Source of the DNA: Rotaria socialis
Lineage: Eukaryota
DNA length: 64,000 nt
Reading direction: 5' to 3'
Assembly: GCA_905331295.1 (NCBI GenBank)
Contig: CAJNYD010000014.1
Coordinates: 248,001-312,000, forward strand
The translations under genes and the position numbers were made by a program. The notes beneath the pieces are model-generated. The model had not been told where the DNA came from. It searched no databases and saw nothing but the letters and a program-made list of their open reading frames with translations. Each line of letters starts with the position of its first letter. Position 1 is the stretch's first letter. This document shows positions 1 through 19,002 of this stretch, one piece after another.

Positions 1-985
1 AATATTTGGTTTATTATGCAGCATGTAAGTTACTTATGAGTCATGATCATGAGTGTTTTTGTGCAAAAACGGAATCTCAAAAGCACGATTTATCTTGATA
101 GAAAAGATTTCTTTTAGGTTTTTCTAAAATTTTTTCTCGATGGTGAATATTATCAGAACTTATATACTCTAAATAGGCATCAGCAAAATATTCTCCTTTA
201 TGCTGACCTATGAAATGAATTGTTTTTTCCATTTTAACATTCTATTGTAGAGCAATACATTGAAAATAAAACAAAAAATATGTCGTTTGCTTCCAGTTGA
301 GACCAGTCGGACTACAATTTTATTAAATGCAGTTAAAATTCATGTTTTGAAATGATAGAATAAAACTTGTATTGATGGGGTTTAAATTTCTTCCATCGAA
401 TCGCAAATTGATAAGAAAAATTTTTGTAACTAAAATCGTGTCTAATCTTTATACAAATTCAAATGATAATATGCATTTTACGAGCTTAAATATCAACTGA
501 TTTTAGCTATTAAAGAAAAAAACCTATTCTTATACTTATCAACTAATAAATCTTATCTGAAACGCACTCAATAAGAAAAAAACAACGAAGTGAAATCGTA
601 AAAACATAATATAACTTTCATGTTTGATATCTCATATAGGAAATAAAACTTAATGCAATCAAACATTTCCTGCATAAAAAACAGTACGGATCATATAAAT
701 TTGTTAAAGATAGCCGTAATTTCTCGGGTTTGTTTCTTCAACAATACTCAATCCAATAAGAAAAAGAATCAATGATGCTCGTCACTTTTCATCAACTCAT
801 TTAATATTATAAATCCCGAGACGATATTAAAACTTTCTAATCAAGCATATCTTTGTATCTAAATGAAACTTTGTCCATTTAGTTTAACAAGCATCGGTAA
901 ATGAAATAGATTAAGGGCATTTTGCAAATTATTCTTTTTTTGTTTTTATTCTGAAATTGACACAGTTGTCTATTTGAAAATTCAG

Positions 986-1854
986 GTGAATCAACAGTCA
1001 TCTATCTTTATTTAAAAAAATCGCCGTTGTCTTTCTCGCAAAGTCTCTATGGAATATTCCGTGGTTTGAAATCATTTGGTCTTGGCCTTGGCTTATTATT
1101 TCTATTGCCAATATTACGATATCTATTCAATATCAGTGATATGACATGTGCAATTCTTGGTACACTATCGAAATGTACAACAGATTTTCTTTATGCAATG
1201 AATCATTCAAAAACATTTATATTTATGAGTAATTTCAGATTAAAGTTCTTGTATTTGAACATAAGCGTTCGTTTTGTTTTCTTCTAGTACCATTATTTGG
1301 TATGTTATCATCATATGTTGTTGTAGGTATTCGATCATATATTTCGAAAATTTGTAACCTCGATGAAGAAGGTATTTGTTGGTAATTATTCTCGGGAGAA
1401 AAAAAAGTAAATCTTTGGCTTTTTCAGGTAAAATCTTTTCGATTATTGCATCACTCGAATCGATTGATGCATTAATTGGATCATTGTTATTTAATATTCT
1501 TTATTCATATACAATAAGCACTTATCCTAGTTCAATATTTATTCTTGCTTGTTTTCTTCATTTTCTAACTTTACCTATATTTATGTAAGTATTTAAAGAA
1601 AAACAATCAAACATACGTGTTTATCAACTTAGCATTGTAGTTATATTCTATTCAGTGACAATCATTTGAATAGAAGAAAAATTGTTGCGAAGCAAATGAA
1701 AAAAACGTTGCCCATTAAAAACAAGAATTCTAATAATCAATCTCGTATTCATTATTTATCTTTAATGCATTATTTTCGACGAAATCATCGAAAATTCATA
1801 TATGATTATAATCGTCCCGATAATGATAGAAACAAAATCAAGTATATTCGATAA
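986..1854 (+). CDS. MFS transporter, SLC46 (PCFT/HCP1)-like, 3' exons only (5' part upstream of window)
   Basis: Spliced exons from 986 read ESTVIYLYLKKSPLSFSQSLYGIFRG...GIRSYISKICNLDEEGKIFSIIASLESIDALIGSLLFNILYSYT, typical of SLC46 C-terminal helices (RS..SK.....E.G..F). The last acceptor is ambiguous: ag at 1639-1640 gives a stop at 1854, ag at 1631-1632 gives a stop at 1669. Confidence 0.75.
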
Positions 1855-2115
1855 CATAAATAGTAATATAAACTCTGAGTCATTGTTTTTCGTCTATTCG
1901 CGTTCTGCTTGTGTTTCATGAAAACAAATACTAATAAAATAAATTCGAATCATCATCTCAATACAGGACACGTATCTCTAGAATGAATCTATCAGTTGTT
2001 AATATTATTTTGTAGAGAAGATTAGCACGATGAAATAGTTGTCGAAGTGAAGCGAAAACAAAGGCAACATAGATAAATATTGAAAGTTATACATATTTTT
2101 TTTTTGTAGATAAAA

Positions 2116-3795
2116 ATGGCTTTTACTCCATATCAATTATTTTTAGCCGGACTTATGTTAATAACCGGAAGCATTAATACTTTATCAACAAAATGGGCTG
2201 ATCGGTATTGATTATTTCAATTGATTTATAATTTTCTTAATTCTTGCCTTTTATTTAGACAAACATCTCATTTTTGTGATGGTTCAGGTGCAAATGTTAC
2301 ATTTGAACATCCGTTTCTTCAAGTAAGTCAATTTTTCTTATCATTTGTGCAGAAAAAACAACAATACAATGTATTTAGGGTGTTGGCATGTTTTTGGGTG
2401 AATTTTTATGTTTATTAGTATTTAAATTCATTTGGTATTCGACTGCACGTTATCGTATTGAACGAATGGTATACAAAGGCGATGCTGCATCTCCCATAGT
2501 TCGTTTTTGGCCAATCAATATAAAAAAAGATACACGTCTAGTTGATGGCGAACAGACATTTAATCCATTTATTTTTTGGGTTGCATCAATATGCGATATG
2601 CTCTCTACATGTTTATCGTATATTGCATTAAATTATACAAGTGCAAGTTCCTTTCAAATGTTACGAGGTTCAGTTATGGTTTTTACTGCTATACTTAGGT
2701 AATTGAATGTGAAGAACAAGGCAAAAAAAATACAAATCGAAACATAATAATTGTTTTAGTGTTCTATTTCTTCGAAAGAATTTAACATGGAAACATTGGC
2801 TTGGCATTTTTGCAGTTGTCGTAGGTCTAACTATTGTTGGTGTATCGGATGTTATCTTTTCAAAACAACCTGAGGGAAATCATACCAATGCAGAGAAACT
2901 TGCAGGTGATGCACTTATACTTATTGCAATGTTATTTACTAGTTTTCAAGTAAGGATAAAAAACAAAATAAGCGAACAACAAAATACTATTATTTATTTC
3001 ATGTATAGGTTGTGTATGAAGAACGTTTTATTGGTAAATATAACATTCCACCATTGCAAGCTGTTGGTTGGGAGGGAATATTTGGATTTTCTACTCTTGG
3101 CCTTCTTCTAATACCGGTAATAGTTTTCTTTGATTGATTGATTGTAATCCTGCTATTTGTTTTCGTATTAGTTTTATTTTATTATTGTTCCAACATCGAA
3201 TTCTGGCCCTGATCATCGTCTTGAAGATGTCCTATCAGCATTTTGTCAAATGCGTGGTAATTGGATTATTATTCTTGCAACTTTTGGTAAGAAAATATAT
3301 AGTAGAAAAATGAGAACCTCTCGTTCTACGTTTTGTTTTCGTTTAGGAAATGTATTATCTATCGCATTCTTTAACTTCGCTGGTGTAAGTGTAACCAAAG
3401 AACTATCGTCGACAACACGTATGGTACTCGATAGTGGCCGAACATTAATTATTTGGATTGTATCGTTGGCATTACAATGGCAAGCGTTTTATTCATTACA
3501 AGTATTAGGTTAGATTTTCTTATCAGTTTATATATGAAAAAAAAAACAGACCAGGTTTTAATCCTATTGTTTTTCTATTGATTTAGGTTTTATAATATTG
3601 GTAATTGGTATGGGTATCTATAATGGTGTATGGGAGCATTTATTTCGCCTATGTGTATCACGTCCACCTATTTCAAGTGAACGATCTCAATTATTGCCCA
3701 GTCATGATGATGTAACTGTATATGAATCTACTTCAAATAGACCGTTGGGTGCAGACGTCTCTGTAGCACCTGTTTCTGATGATGCAAACATATAA
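2116..3795 (+). CDS. SLC35F6: Solute carrier family 35 member F6 (nucleotide-sugar transporter superfamily), multi-exon
   Basis: N-terminus MAFTPYQLFLAGLMLITGSINTLSTKWAD, plus FEHPFLQ, GMFLGEFLCL, ASSFQMLRGSVMVFTA and SIAFFNFAGVSVTKELSSTTRMVLDSGRT, all match SLC35F6. GT-AG introns. Confidence 0.93.
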
Positions 3796-4130
3796 ATAAT
3801 TGCTGTATATCTATTGTAATATTTCTCGAGATTTTTGCTTTTCGAAAAGTTCATGTTTTATTTTTTTGTTATCTACAAAAAAACTTAAATCTTGAAAATA
3901 AATTACAAAAAAACTTAAATTAAAAAACAAAAATACAAAAACATAGCGGAGCTTAAACCATCAACGAACATCTGGTAAAAATACACTTAACCCACAGTGC
4001 TTCTTTTAAAATATATACAATAATATTTGATCAATAGAAGATTAAGGATGACAAAAGAGAAAAACACTAGTAATATCTATATAATGTTCTGTACTCTGAT
4101 CGCTTGTTTTGATTTCAATTTGTTTTCATC

Positions 4131-5982
4131 ATGAGTCGACTATCATATTTTGTTTTCATTCTAATATCTATAGTTGTATGGAGTGAAGCCGAACGTGAAT
4201 ATATTGGTGATAAACTAGTTAGTTTAGAACCATTAAATAATGAACATATCAAATATCTACAAGATCTGGAAATAAATGGTTCACTTGATTTTTGGACTGA
4301 GATTATAACAGCAACCAAACCGATTGATGTTCGTATAAAAAAAAGTGAATTTGACCAATACGCTTCAGAATTTAAACAACGTTCATTGCCATTCCGCGTT
4401 ATTGTTGATGATGTACAAGCAGCTATTGATGATGAAAAACAACAAATTGACCAAGAAAATTTAAAAAGACAACTTAAAAGTCGGTTTTTGGGACAACCCA
4501 AAGCTGATATTGTCGGTACATATGCTAGTTATGACGAAATGGTAGCATATCTTGCAGATAAAGCACAGGCTGATTCACAACACATTACCGTTGTTGATAT
4601 TGGTCAAACATATGAAAATAGACGTATACAAGGTATTTCAATAAAGTTCAATCCAGCAGCAACGCGAAATATTTGGATTGATTGTGGTATTCATGCAAGA
4701 GGTAGGAGACAAGAAAAAACAGCACTCTTAAAATAGACATTTCTTTTTCTTACAAAAATTAGAATGGATCACACCGGCTGCGTGTATTTGGATGGTTGAT
4801 AAATTAATTGATGAATATAACAAAAATGATGCTACCGTTACAAGCTTACTCAATTATTGGAATGTTTATATTGCACCCTCACTGAATCCTGATGGTAAGA
4901 AATCCTCAACAGAATAAATTGATTTGATTAACTTTTTGTTATTTAAGGATATCAATATAGTCGAACAACCGTGAGTTTCATTATACTATAAGATGAATTT
5001 TGATTATAACAGTAATCAAATTTTAGAGTCGATTATGGCGTAAAAGTCGTGCGAGAGGTACTACTGGAAGTTGTTACGGTGTTGATCTCAATCGTAATTA
5101 TCCACGAAGATGGATGACAGGTATAAAGGAAATAATTTTAACAAACATCTTTTTCAATTTTTAATTTCCTTTCAGGAGGTGCCAGTAGCAGTGAATGCAG
5201 TGATACGTATGCTGGTAATTACTAGGAGAAATTAACTATGATATTTATTAAGATATTTGCTTTTCTTTTCTATCAAAGGCCGATCCGCCGGAAGTGAACC
5301 TGAAACAAAAGGTGTTATTAATTTTCTTCAATCTAAAATTGGTACCTGGGATATGTATATGTCATTTCATTCATATGGACAATGGTGGTTGTAAGTAAAC
5401 AGCATTTTTTTTTGCGTTGCTCTATTTGACCCTCAAGTGTTATAATTTCATTTTAGTACACCAGTGAGTTTATTTCGTTTTGTTGAAATTATTTTCGATT
5501 GAAAAATATTTAGTACGGTTATGATACAAGCCTTCCAGCAAATTATAATTCACAATATGCCAAAGCACAAATAGGAGCAAACGCTATTAAAAGTGTCAAC
5601 AGTGGTAGAACATATGCCATTGGTAGTGTCGCTCAATTGTTATGTATGCTATTTCTATTGATGATTGACGAAACCAAATTTTATTTTTCTTGTTATAGAT
5701 ATTGCCAGTGGTAGTACTATTGACTGGGCTTATGATGATTTGAAAATTCCATTTGCAAATACAGTCGAACTTCCACCGATATCAGGTAAAACATTTTTGT
5801 TTTTTTTTCTTTTGAAAATAATGTTTTTTTTTCATTTCTCCTATGAATTCGTTGATGCAGCATCTCCCGGTTTTGTTTTACCACCAAGCGAAGCACCTGG
5901 TGTATGCCATGAAACATATGTTGGTATGAAAGCATTTTTGGCTGCTATTAAGCAAGAACTTCAAAGCAGCATGAGCGGTTAA
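4131..5982 (+). CDS. Secreted zinc carboxypeptidase, M14A, carboxypeptidase A-type, with signal peptide and activation propeptide
   Basis: Signal peptide and prodomain (LDFW...PIDVRI). Motifs across exons: WIDCGIHAREWI, LNPDGY, LWRKSR, CYGVDLNRNY, YAGRSAGSEPETK, SFHSYGQ, LYIASGSTIDW, VEL. GSTIDW has Ile at the S1' specificity position as in CPA, not the Asp of CPB. Confidence 0.92.
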
Positions 5983-7525
5983 CATTTTGTTTTGTCTTTT
6001 GCTAATATTTCGATTAAAACATCAATGCATAATTTGGTTATCTTCTCTTGTGATTTAAATAAATATATTTAAAAAGAAGACATACAAAAGATAATAACCA
6101 ACAGAAGCATTGATTTTCTATATTCATAATTTTTTGCCAATTCAGTTCAAGCGCTACTTGTTCAATATAGAATACATGCAATCAAGTTGATCTTATCAAA
6201 TCTTTTTATTTGCGTCAAATCTCATCGATCATTTAGATTGAAATTTTCCTTGTTTTCTTTTTGTATGCTGTTCTTATGAATGTCATGATCATTTCATTTT
6301 TTGTTCAGGTTAATGTCACGTCCATTCATCAAATAGACCCATTGAAATCTTATTGTTTTTCAATCACATCCTACTACTTCGCTTATTTTTCTGCGTTCAT
6401 CTTCCGTCTCCTTTTTCACTGAAGAGATTCTAATAAGTAATAGCCACCATCATAGATCTACACTGTAGAACGACAGGCACACACAGAGCAAGAGAGAAAA
6501 AACCATGGAAAATATTCTCTAGTTTTGCTTCATGTGTGAGGAAAAGGAAAAAATATAGAAGCAAAAAAAAAAGAAAGAATTGGTCATAACGATTTTCCGC
6601 ATCTTAATACAACGGGTTTATTACAATGATGCTTTCACACCGTACGCCGCACAGTCATTGAACCCCTTATGCGTCGTTTCGCATAATAATAGCGGAAATG
6701 AAAAATGCACAAGAAGAGCAGAATGAGAGAGACAGGGGGGGAGAGACATGACAAAGTAAGATGGTGCTTTTGGGACAAACGAGCACAGAAATTGGTGATT
6801 TGAGAGGTCGATATGAACGTCTAAACGATCCCCTGTGACGCTCAATATTTTCCTCAAGATTAGTTCTTTGGTGTAAGATTGAATGAGTGATCGATATGTG
6901 ATGAGGAAAAAAATCTATTAACACGAAACTCTATAGGTGTTAACTCGCGTTTCTATCAACAAATCATGAGGTAACGGGTCAGACACGTACCGATATATTA
7001 CTAGCAATATATTATTGAGTAGAGAAGAAAAAAATAGAACAAGAGAAAGTGTTTACGAGAAAAAAAGACCTCAGCGAAGACTAAAAAAATCCAGCAGAAT
7101 AATAGTTTGTCAACAATACTTGCCGTTCCTATATTTTAACTAATTTAGACGTAATAGTGCGATGTATTCCCTTCGTGTTTTATTTAAGAAGTTCTGGCCC
7201 GAACAAATTGGCATTCACGTGTAATTCTTTTTTCCCTTCGTGTTCTTCTTCTTCTTCTTCTTTTGATGATTGCTCATTGCTTCTTTGATTGAGATTACGT
7301 TCTAGAACCTATGTTTGGATTGAGCAACACGAAAGTGTCAGCTTAAATGACAATCTTTACTTCTATTTTGTTTTTTATTGCTATTTTTTAGTCTTCTTCT
7401 TTCCTATCAGTCATGACATATTTCTTCTTATCCCTTACTTGAATTGTTTAGATCAAGTCGTATTATATTCAATCAATATATGATGCTTATACATTGTTGA
7501 CTCTATATTGATAAACAAATAGAAA

Positions 7526-8100
7526 ATGCAATTATTCCCAACTATTCATTCGTCTCTTCTTGATTGTTGTCATTTATGGAAACTCATCTTTCTTGTCCTT
7601 CGAACAACACGGTAAAATAAGCTCTGTTTATCTTTCAAAAGTAATATAGACTATAATTTATTATCGATTTTAGATTAATTCAGTGTCAAATGCATGCTAT
7701 TCTTAATACATCACCATCGTCATCATCATCTTCTTCGCCATACTTCGCGGCTAATGTAAGAAAAATGAACAGAATTTTCTATATGAGCATAAATGGATTT
7801 TTCCTTGCTATATTTTTTTTTCATCAGATATTTCCGTCATTAGTATTGCGTTCACATGATAATTTACCCTTAACTGAACAAGCTATATATGATTTACGAA
7901 ATGATATGAGAAAAGAAAATGAATTCAATGAATTCAATGATGAAGATTACATGGAAGATGACGATATTGACATGGAAAATGACAATCAACAAGACTTACA
8001 ATCATTGTCATCACTAACATCCCCTTCTATTATACTGAATGCAATCATTTCTACTACAACTGCTACTTCTGTTACTACAACAACAACAACAACAACAACA

Positions 8101-8134
<34 letters not shown>

Positions 8135-8370
8135 ATGCTATTTTGACGACAAAAAAAGTACCAATAAAGATAACAAAAATAACAACACGCTCAACAGTCA
8201 ATAGTCAACAAACAGAAATCATAGAAACTAAAGCAGTCATTACTCAATATACGATTATTTCATCATCATCATCATCATCATCATCACGTGTTGTACCCAT
8301 GTTTGTTTGTTCATTATTTTTATTTGGTTTATTGTATAGGAATATTCATATGAATAGTTTTTTATTTTAA
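7526..8370 (+). CDS. Orphan Thr/Ser-rich mucin-like protein with hydrophobic C-terminus (possibly GPI-anchored)
   Basis: Three-exon model [39 protein letters not shown]..., then an acidic block, poly-Thr from ACA/ACT repeats, poly-Ser, and [17 protein letters not shown]. The start codon is uncertain. Confidence 0.6.
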
Positions 8371-8461
8371 AATTTCAAACAAAATCAAAAAAATCAATTA
8401 GATTGTAGGTGCTATCTGACAACTAAAAAAAACAAAAGCAATGTGCATGGTGGTGTATTGA

Positions 8462-9706
8462 TTATAGTAAACAACTGCTTTTCGGCTTTGAGCGATCTTC
8501 AAGATATTTCCAAATAAGCTAGAAGAAAAAGAAATAGAAAAATACATATTACAAACATAATAAACTTAAAATCGAAGGTTCACTTTGTTCTTCTAAAGGA
8601 AAATTATTCTAGAACTATTATCAGTATGCAAGAAAAGAAAGAACTTTCTTTCTATTTTTAACGACGAACAGCATGTTCTAATCAATCTTCAATTATAACA
8701 GATAATTTAAGTTTTTAAACGTGGATTATTTATAAGAAAAACAAATCTGAAGACCAATATAAATTAAAAAGAAAATATTTGCACAGGAAGTGAAAGAAAA
8801 AAAACTCGATGCCTTTTCCTGTGTCATTGACCGAGAATAAAAATGCATTGATTTATAGCGAAAAAAATGCTTTTTCTTTCTATTTGAACGTTGTTAAAAC
8901 TTACATTACAGAATTCTTTGAGTAATTTTTTCTCGGATTCATCATTATTTCCAACCATATCTTCAATTGATTCATAGACTTCAGCTGTCTTAAAAAAGCA
9001 AACAACAATATTTATAGAAATAAAAACAAAATAGATATAGTTAATTATTTACTTTAATTGCGTCAAACATATTCTGAATAGAAATCTGTTGTTGAAGTGG
9101 ATCCTCGCTTGATATTTGGCGTGTTAATTTATTAACCGAATCTTTAAGTTGAACTTTGGATGGTGCGCTTGATAAACGATCATGCATTGGCTTTGGCCGA
9201 TGAAAACATAAATGATGTGATGACTCATGTTTCTCAAATTGTGTTTGAGTCGACACATTTTGGTGAACTTTTTTCTAAAACGTAGATAAAATAGTATTAA
9301 AAACGCAGGGTGAAGTAGTTTTTATCGTTACATCGTTTAAAGTAGTTTCATTTGTATTCATCATCGTTTGATTAATGAAAGATTTAAGTGATTCATTTTC
9401 ATTTAACAGTAATATTTGTCGCTGTTCGAGCTCACTTAATTTTTCTTGATAGTCAACTATTTGACACTCAAGTTTATGTATTGTACTTGTACCAAATTGC
9501 TTCCATTGTTCAGCTAATTCGTGCATTTTATTACGTTCTGCGTCAAGTACAAAACATAGCTCTCGTAAATCATCACTACTTGATACTGTTGGAGAATTTC
9601 TTTCAGCAGTTTTTGCTTCTTCTTCAGATTCATCAAATGATAGCTAAAATAAGTTTTTTTTTAATTGAAAATAAATTATCTCGTACAAATTTTATACTTC
9701 GTCCAT
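8462..9706 (-). CDS. CCDC85: CCDC85-family coiled-coil protein (short form)
   Basis: DDLRELCFVLDAERNKMHELAEQWKQFGTSTIHKLECQIVDYQEKLSELEQRQILLLNENESLK parallels the CCDC85 core (ELRDLCCFLDDDRQK..LAREWQRFG...YQ.KL.ELE..Q..L..EN..LK). The spliced C-terminus EKKLLKEFCNLIWKYLED parallels CCDC85 EKAIVREMCNVVWRKL. Confidence 0.75.
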
Positions 9707-12700
9707 AGAAATTCTATTCACTGTTCTTGATCTGAAACGAAACATAAGTATTACTAGATAATTGGCGTAGATTTTGTTGACAAATGTTAATAATTGTAAG
9801 ATAGAGAATTGTCAAAGATTTTATAACTATGGAGGGAAGAAAGGCCATTATAGTTTATTTTATTCAATAATATGAAGTTTAAATAGAGCGGCTTACGTAT
9901 ATGTAAGGAAAAACACGATACTTCAACTATTTGCATTACACATGTAATAATATTTTGTGTTCATAGATAGTAGACCGAAAACAAAACAAGTTTATTACCG
10001 AACGTAATCAGCCTGAAAGTATTCTGAAAACATATTTAAACGTTATTTTGATAACGAGAATTCATCTTCATCTACTTAATGTTGGTAATCATAAATTACT
10101 AATTCTAGTGATAAGAAAAACTTGGCACAAAGCTTCTGACGGGAAGTATGTGAGAGTTTCCGACTCAACGAGATGTAAAAATTGAATAAAAAATCCAACT
10201 TGTTCATCAGCTAGTTTTCATGTGAAATGACTTGATGAATACCTGGCTTTATCATAATGCTAAATCTATGAAAACTCAGTTTGAGCACATCTGTGCAGAA
10301 TAATCAGAACTGATATTGTTATAAAATCTAATGAATAGAGTGAAAACGAGAAATTGACCCTTATAAACTCATATAAAAAGAGTTGATCACAAGATGCCTA
10401 CTATTCTCACGCAACGTCAGTTCATTAAAGCATCATTATTGTTTTCTCGAGCGAATAAGTTTGTTTTCAACAATTAATACCCGGAAATCTAGCCACAACA
10501 AGTATTTCTTCATAATCAATTTAAGCTAGGGATATTTTCCCAATGAACAATCTACGATAGTACTATATTTATGATGAAATCAAGGAAAAAAGAAACTTTC
10601 AGTTCTCTGCTAATCTCGACAGAGATTCAACTTATGGGCTCAGCTATTCGTTCGAAATGAAGATTAGATCTTAAGCCTCTAATCCGACTGTTTTCAAGTC
10701 AGAGAAACCATTCATGTAGAATAATCAATTATCGAATTCAGACAGTTCTCGAAAACTGTGAAATACTTTCAATTAGTTATAAAGTCAGAAAACAAATCGA
10801 ACTTCTCTTCATCATTTCGTAACTAATCTAAGATAGACGGTCTAGAACAAAGTGATTCTTGTTCTTTTTAACTTTTACAGACAGATTCTTCTGATGTGGA
10901 TGAAAGTGATATTTTGTACTCGAGACATAATCTAATAGCATAGTAGTTTTCATAGTATTCTTGATTAATAAAGATGTGAATGTAACATCCATCATTTTGA
11001 AGTTGGTTAGTTTTTATCTAATCACGATGATAGATGTATGAAATTCTTTTTTTCCTAAGACGATTTTATTCTCGATAGAAACTCAAAAACATTAAAATCT
11101 TCATGCTATCTGCTTCATTAGTAAAAGTAAAAGCTAATCGGTCAAAAACGCATTCTCTCTATAAACTTCTTAAAATAATTACACCTCGATAAAAAAAAAA
11201 CCTAGAATTCTAATGGCTGAGTTACGACTTCCTTCTCAATCAGACCTTGATAATAAGAATAGATAATTTCGAATTGAACCAACAGCCTACGATTCCATAT
11301 TAGAAAATAAAAATGAAGATTAACGATTGTGAACATGACAAATATGATTTCAATTCGAAAATATCTACTTATCATAGCTTATAAGTTGTATCATTTAGCG
11401 TAGCTCATTTCTTATCAATGAATGCCAAATTTGACATACCAGTCATTTTTATTCGTTATGATTTTCATTTTATAGATAATAAAAAAAGTTCTTGATGAAG
11501 TAACGGAAATACATTTTTAATGATCATGCTTTATTATCAAATATTTCTACAAATCTCTTTCATCATCAATCATGAAAGAATTTCTAGTACAATAATAGAA
11601 CTTGACACCTATTTTGAATGTAACATTTGAAAAAAGAATTCAATTAGACAAACACTTTTTTTCTCGATTCTAAATATAGACTAGGAGAACTATTGAGGAT
11701 GCAATAATTTAATTCATTTAATGTCAACTTATTTTTTCCGTGCTAACAAAAGACATTTTTATGTTTATATCAAGAAAAGATACTAAAAATAGGTTGAACG
11801 TATTTCTTAATATCATTCTAAAAGTAGAATATTTCAACAGCAACAAGAAGAAGAAACTAATAAATCATGGTTTTGAATGCATGTGACACGTTAAATAATT
11901 CAACGAAGTTTAGTGTACCATTTTGACAACCTGAATTGCACGTAAACAAAATATTCTTATAGAACGCTACAAGAATATTTTATAAAGAAATTTTTGATAA
12001 CTACTAAAGTAATTGATGCAAATGAAGCAAAGCAAATATGAGTCTCACATTATACCGCTACCATTTATTATTATTATAATTTTGAACTGAACTTCGTTCT
12101 AAAAACTATGCAACGTGAAATCATAGGAAAGTACTCATTGAAAACATCGAAGTAAAAATATATATGTTCTAGCATTAGAAAATCAAGAAAATTGAATTAT
12201 CTATATCTTTGCAAACGAAAAAAAATTGATTTCATAATCAAACTTCATAATTCTTTTAGCAAATATCTTTCGTGTAAAATCTACATTCCTTTTCTGTTAT
12301 AGATTCAATAGACAAGCATGTCTTTGTATTTGAGAAGAGATTATTTATTTAAAGCAAATATTGCTCTTTGAATTCACAATTTCTTTTAACATAGAATATG
12401 ACGATTCAGTGTAGAACAATGCCGTTGAATTATTTCTACACATACTTGTTTTGTTCTCGATGGAATTAAAACCACAGAACAAATCTTAGTAAACTTGATC
12501 CTTAGTATCCAGAAAATAGATTTCTAATTCATCTTATCCTACGTATCACCGATAAGATCAAATCAGTTACAACAAACAAAACGAGCTGATTCTTCCTTCA
12601 CTAGACATATAATATTAATTCGAGCACAGTCAATTGTGTATAAACTAGTATTTTTAAGGGCTTCAGCGATCGTTTATTAACTTCAAGAAGTGTACAGATT

Positions 12701-13560
12701 CACTACGAATGTTTGATTGAAATTTCTTACCATTGCTTTATCACAATAATCATTATCTCTGGTTTATCTACATTCTGATTTCGTATAGGTTTGTTCAAGT
12801 GAATTCATGTTGTCTCTTTCGCTAAACAGACTTTCTATGAAATATTAGAAAAATACTGCACTATTCATTTATTCTACTTCATTCGGCATTTATAAGAAAA
12901 TTTAATATTTGATGTAATCATCTCAAAAAACAAACAGTTTGATTTTTCGGTCAATTAAAAATGATTCGAAATAATCCAAAGAAATTCTAAATTGGCGTAG
13001 TTGCAAACTGTATCAATAGACTTCATTTGCCAATTAAAAATGAAAAAGCTGTGAGAAAATTCTTGAATCACTCAATAACTATGACTTACTCTTAACTGTC
13101 TTATTGCATAACGCATATTACTTCTTACGATAGATACATTTTTTTTAATCAAATTGCTGTAGCGTTTAATTCTGGTATCATAATAAACAAAACAAAAAGC
13201 AACTTACATGCATGTCTCGATTAACTTTGTTCTTCATGCTCATGTTTACAAAACAGTGACACTACTGATGTCAATAGTTCTAATCAAAATAAAAAAAAAC
13301 ATACTTCAAGACAAATTGCTCTGTAAATATTATTCTGTGTTCCATCAAAACAGTAGCTGCTTTTAAAACGAATATTTCTAAATGTATATTTCGATAGAAA
13401 ATCGAATCCCAATGCTTCTCGTTTGTTTTTTTTAATTTTCTACTATACCTTTGCATTGTGAGAACAAAAATGAATATGTTATGTAAAAAATTCGTACACG
13501 TAACTACTGCTTGTTGAATTTCTCTACGACTTACCATTACATTAAAATAATCCGAAGTAC

Positions 13561-13561
<1 letters not shown>

Positions 13562-13594
<33 letters not shown>
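13562..13594. repeat. (TA)n microsatellite
   Basis: Uninterrupted TA run. Confidence 0.95.
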
Positions 13595-13598
<4 letters not shown>

Positions 13599-14093
13599 AA
13601 AATAATATGTGATCAATGACTCCTACTTCTTATTTACATTGAATTTAACGATTTTACAACTCGGATTGAAAAAAAAAGTAATTTCGATCGAATTCTATAT
13701 TGTTGATTGATATTTTTTTCGTACATGTATTTGTCTCGAGGTGTTCGATAGAAGCAATTATCTAACTATTGTTCTGCTTCTTTTTTCCTGTTAATTGATT
13801 AGAATAATAAAATTTACTGCTTTATTAGAGCAAAACTATATTCAGTTTGTCAGTATTAATATTTTATTTTGATGAAAATTCATTCGAATAGCGCCATCTT
13901 TTCTTACAGATAAGATTGAGGATTGATGAATTAATCAATGAACAACATCACTCTTCTTTTTATTGGTTGAATCGATCCTATTGAATGAATCATAAGACAA
14001 AACGAGATAATATTTGTTTTCTTTTCACGTTTGATTTTTAATAAGATATGTAAAACAATATCTAATAAATAAGTTCGAACAAAAAGAAAGGCA

Positions 14094-19002
<4,909 letters not shown>

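Noticed and set aside
7986..8201. Poly-Val minus-strand ORF
   Set aside because: Antisense shadow of the poly-Thr microsatellite.
9800..13500. Long intergenic region with possible eroded transposon fragments
   Set aside because: I could not establish TIRs, ORFs or repeats by eye.
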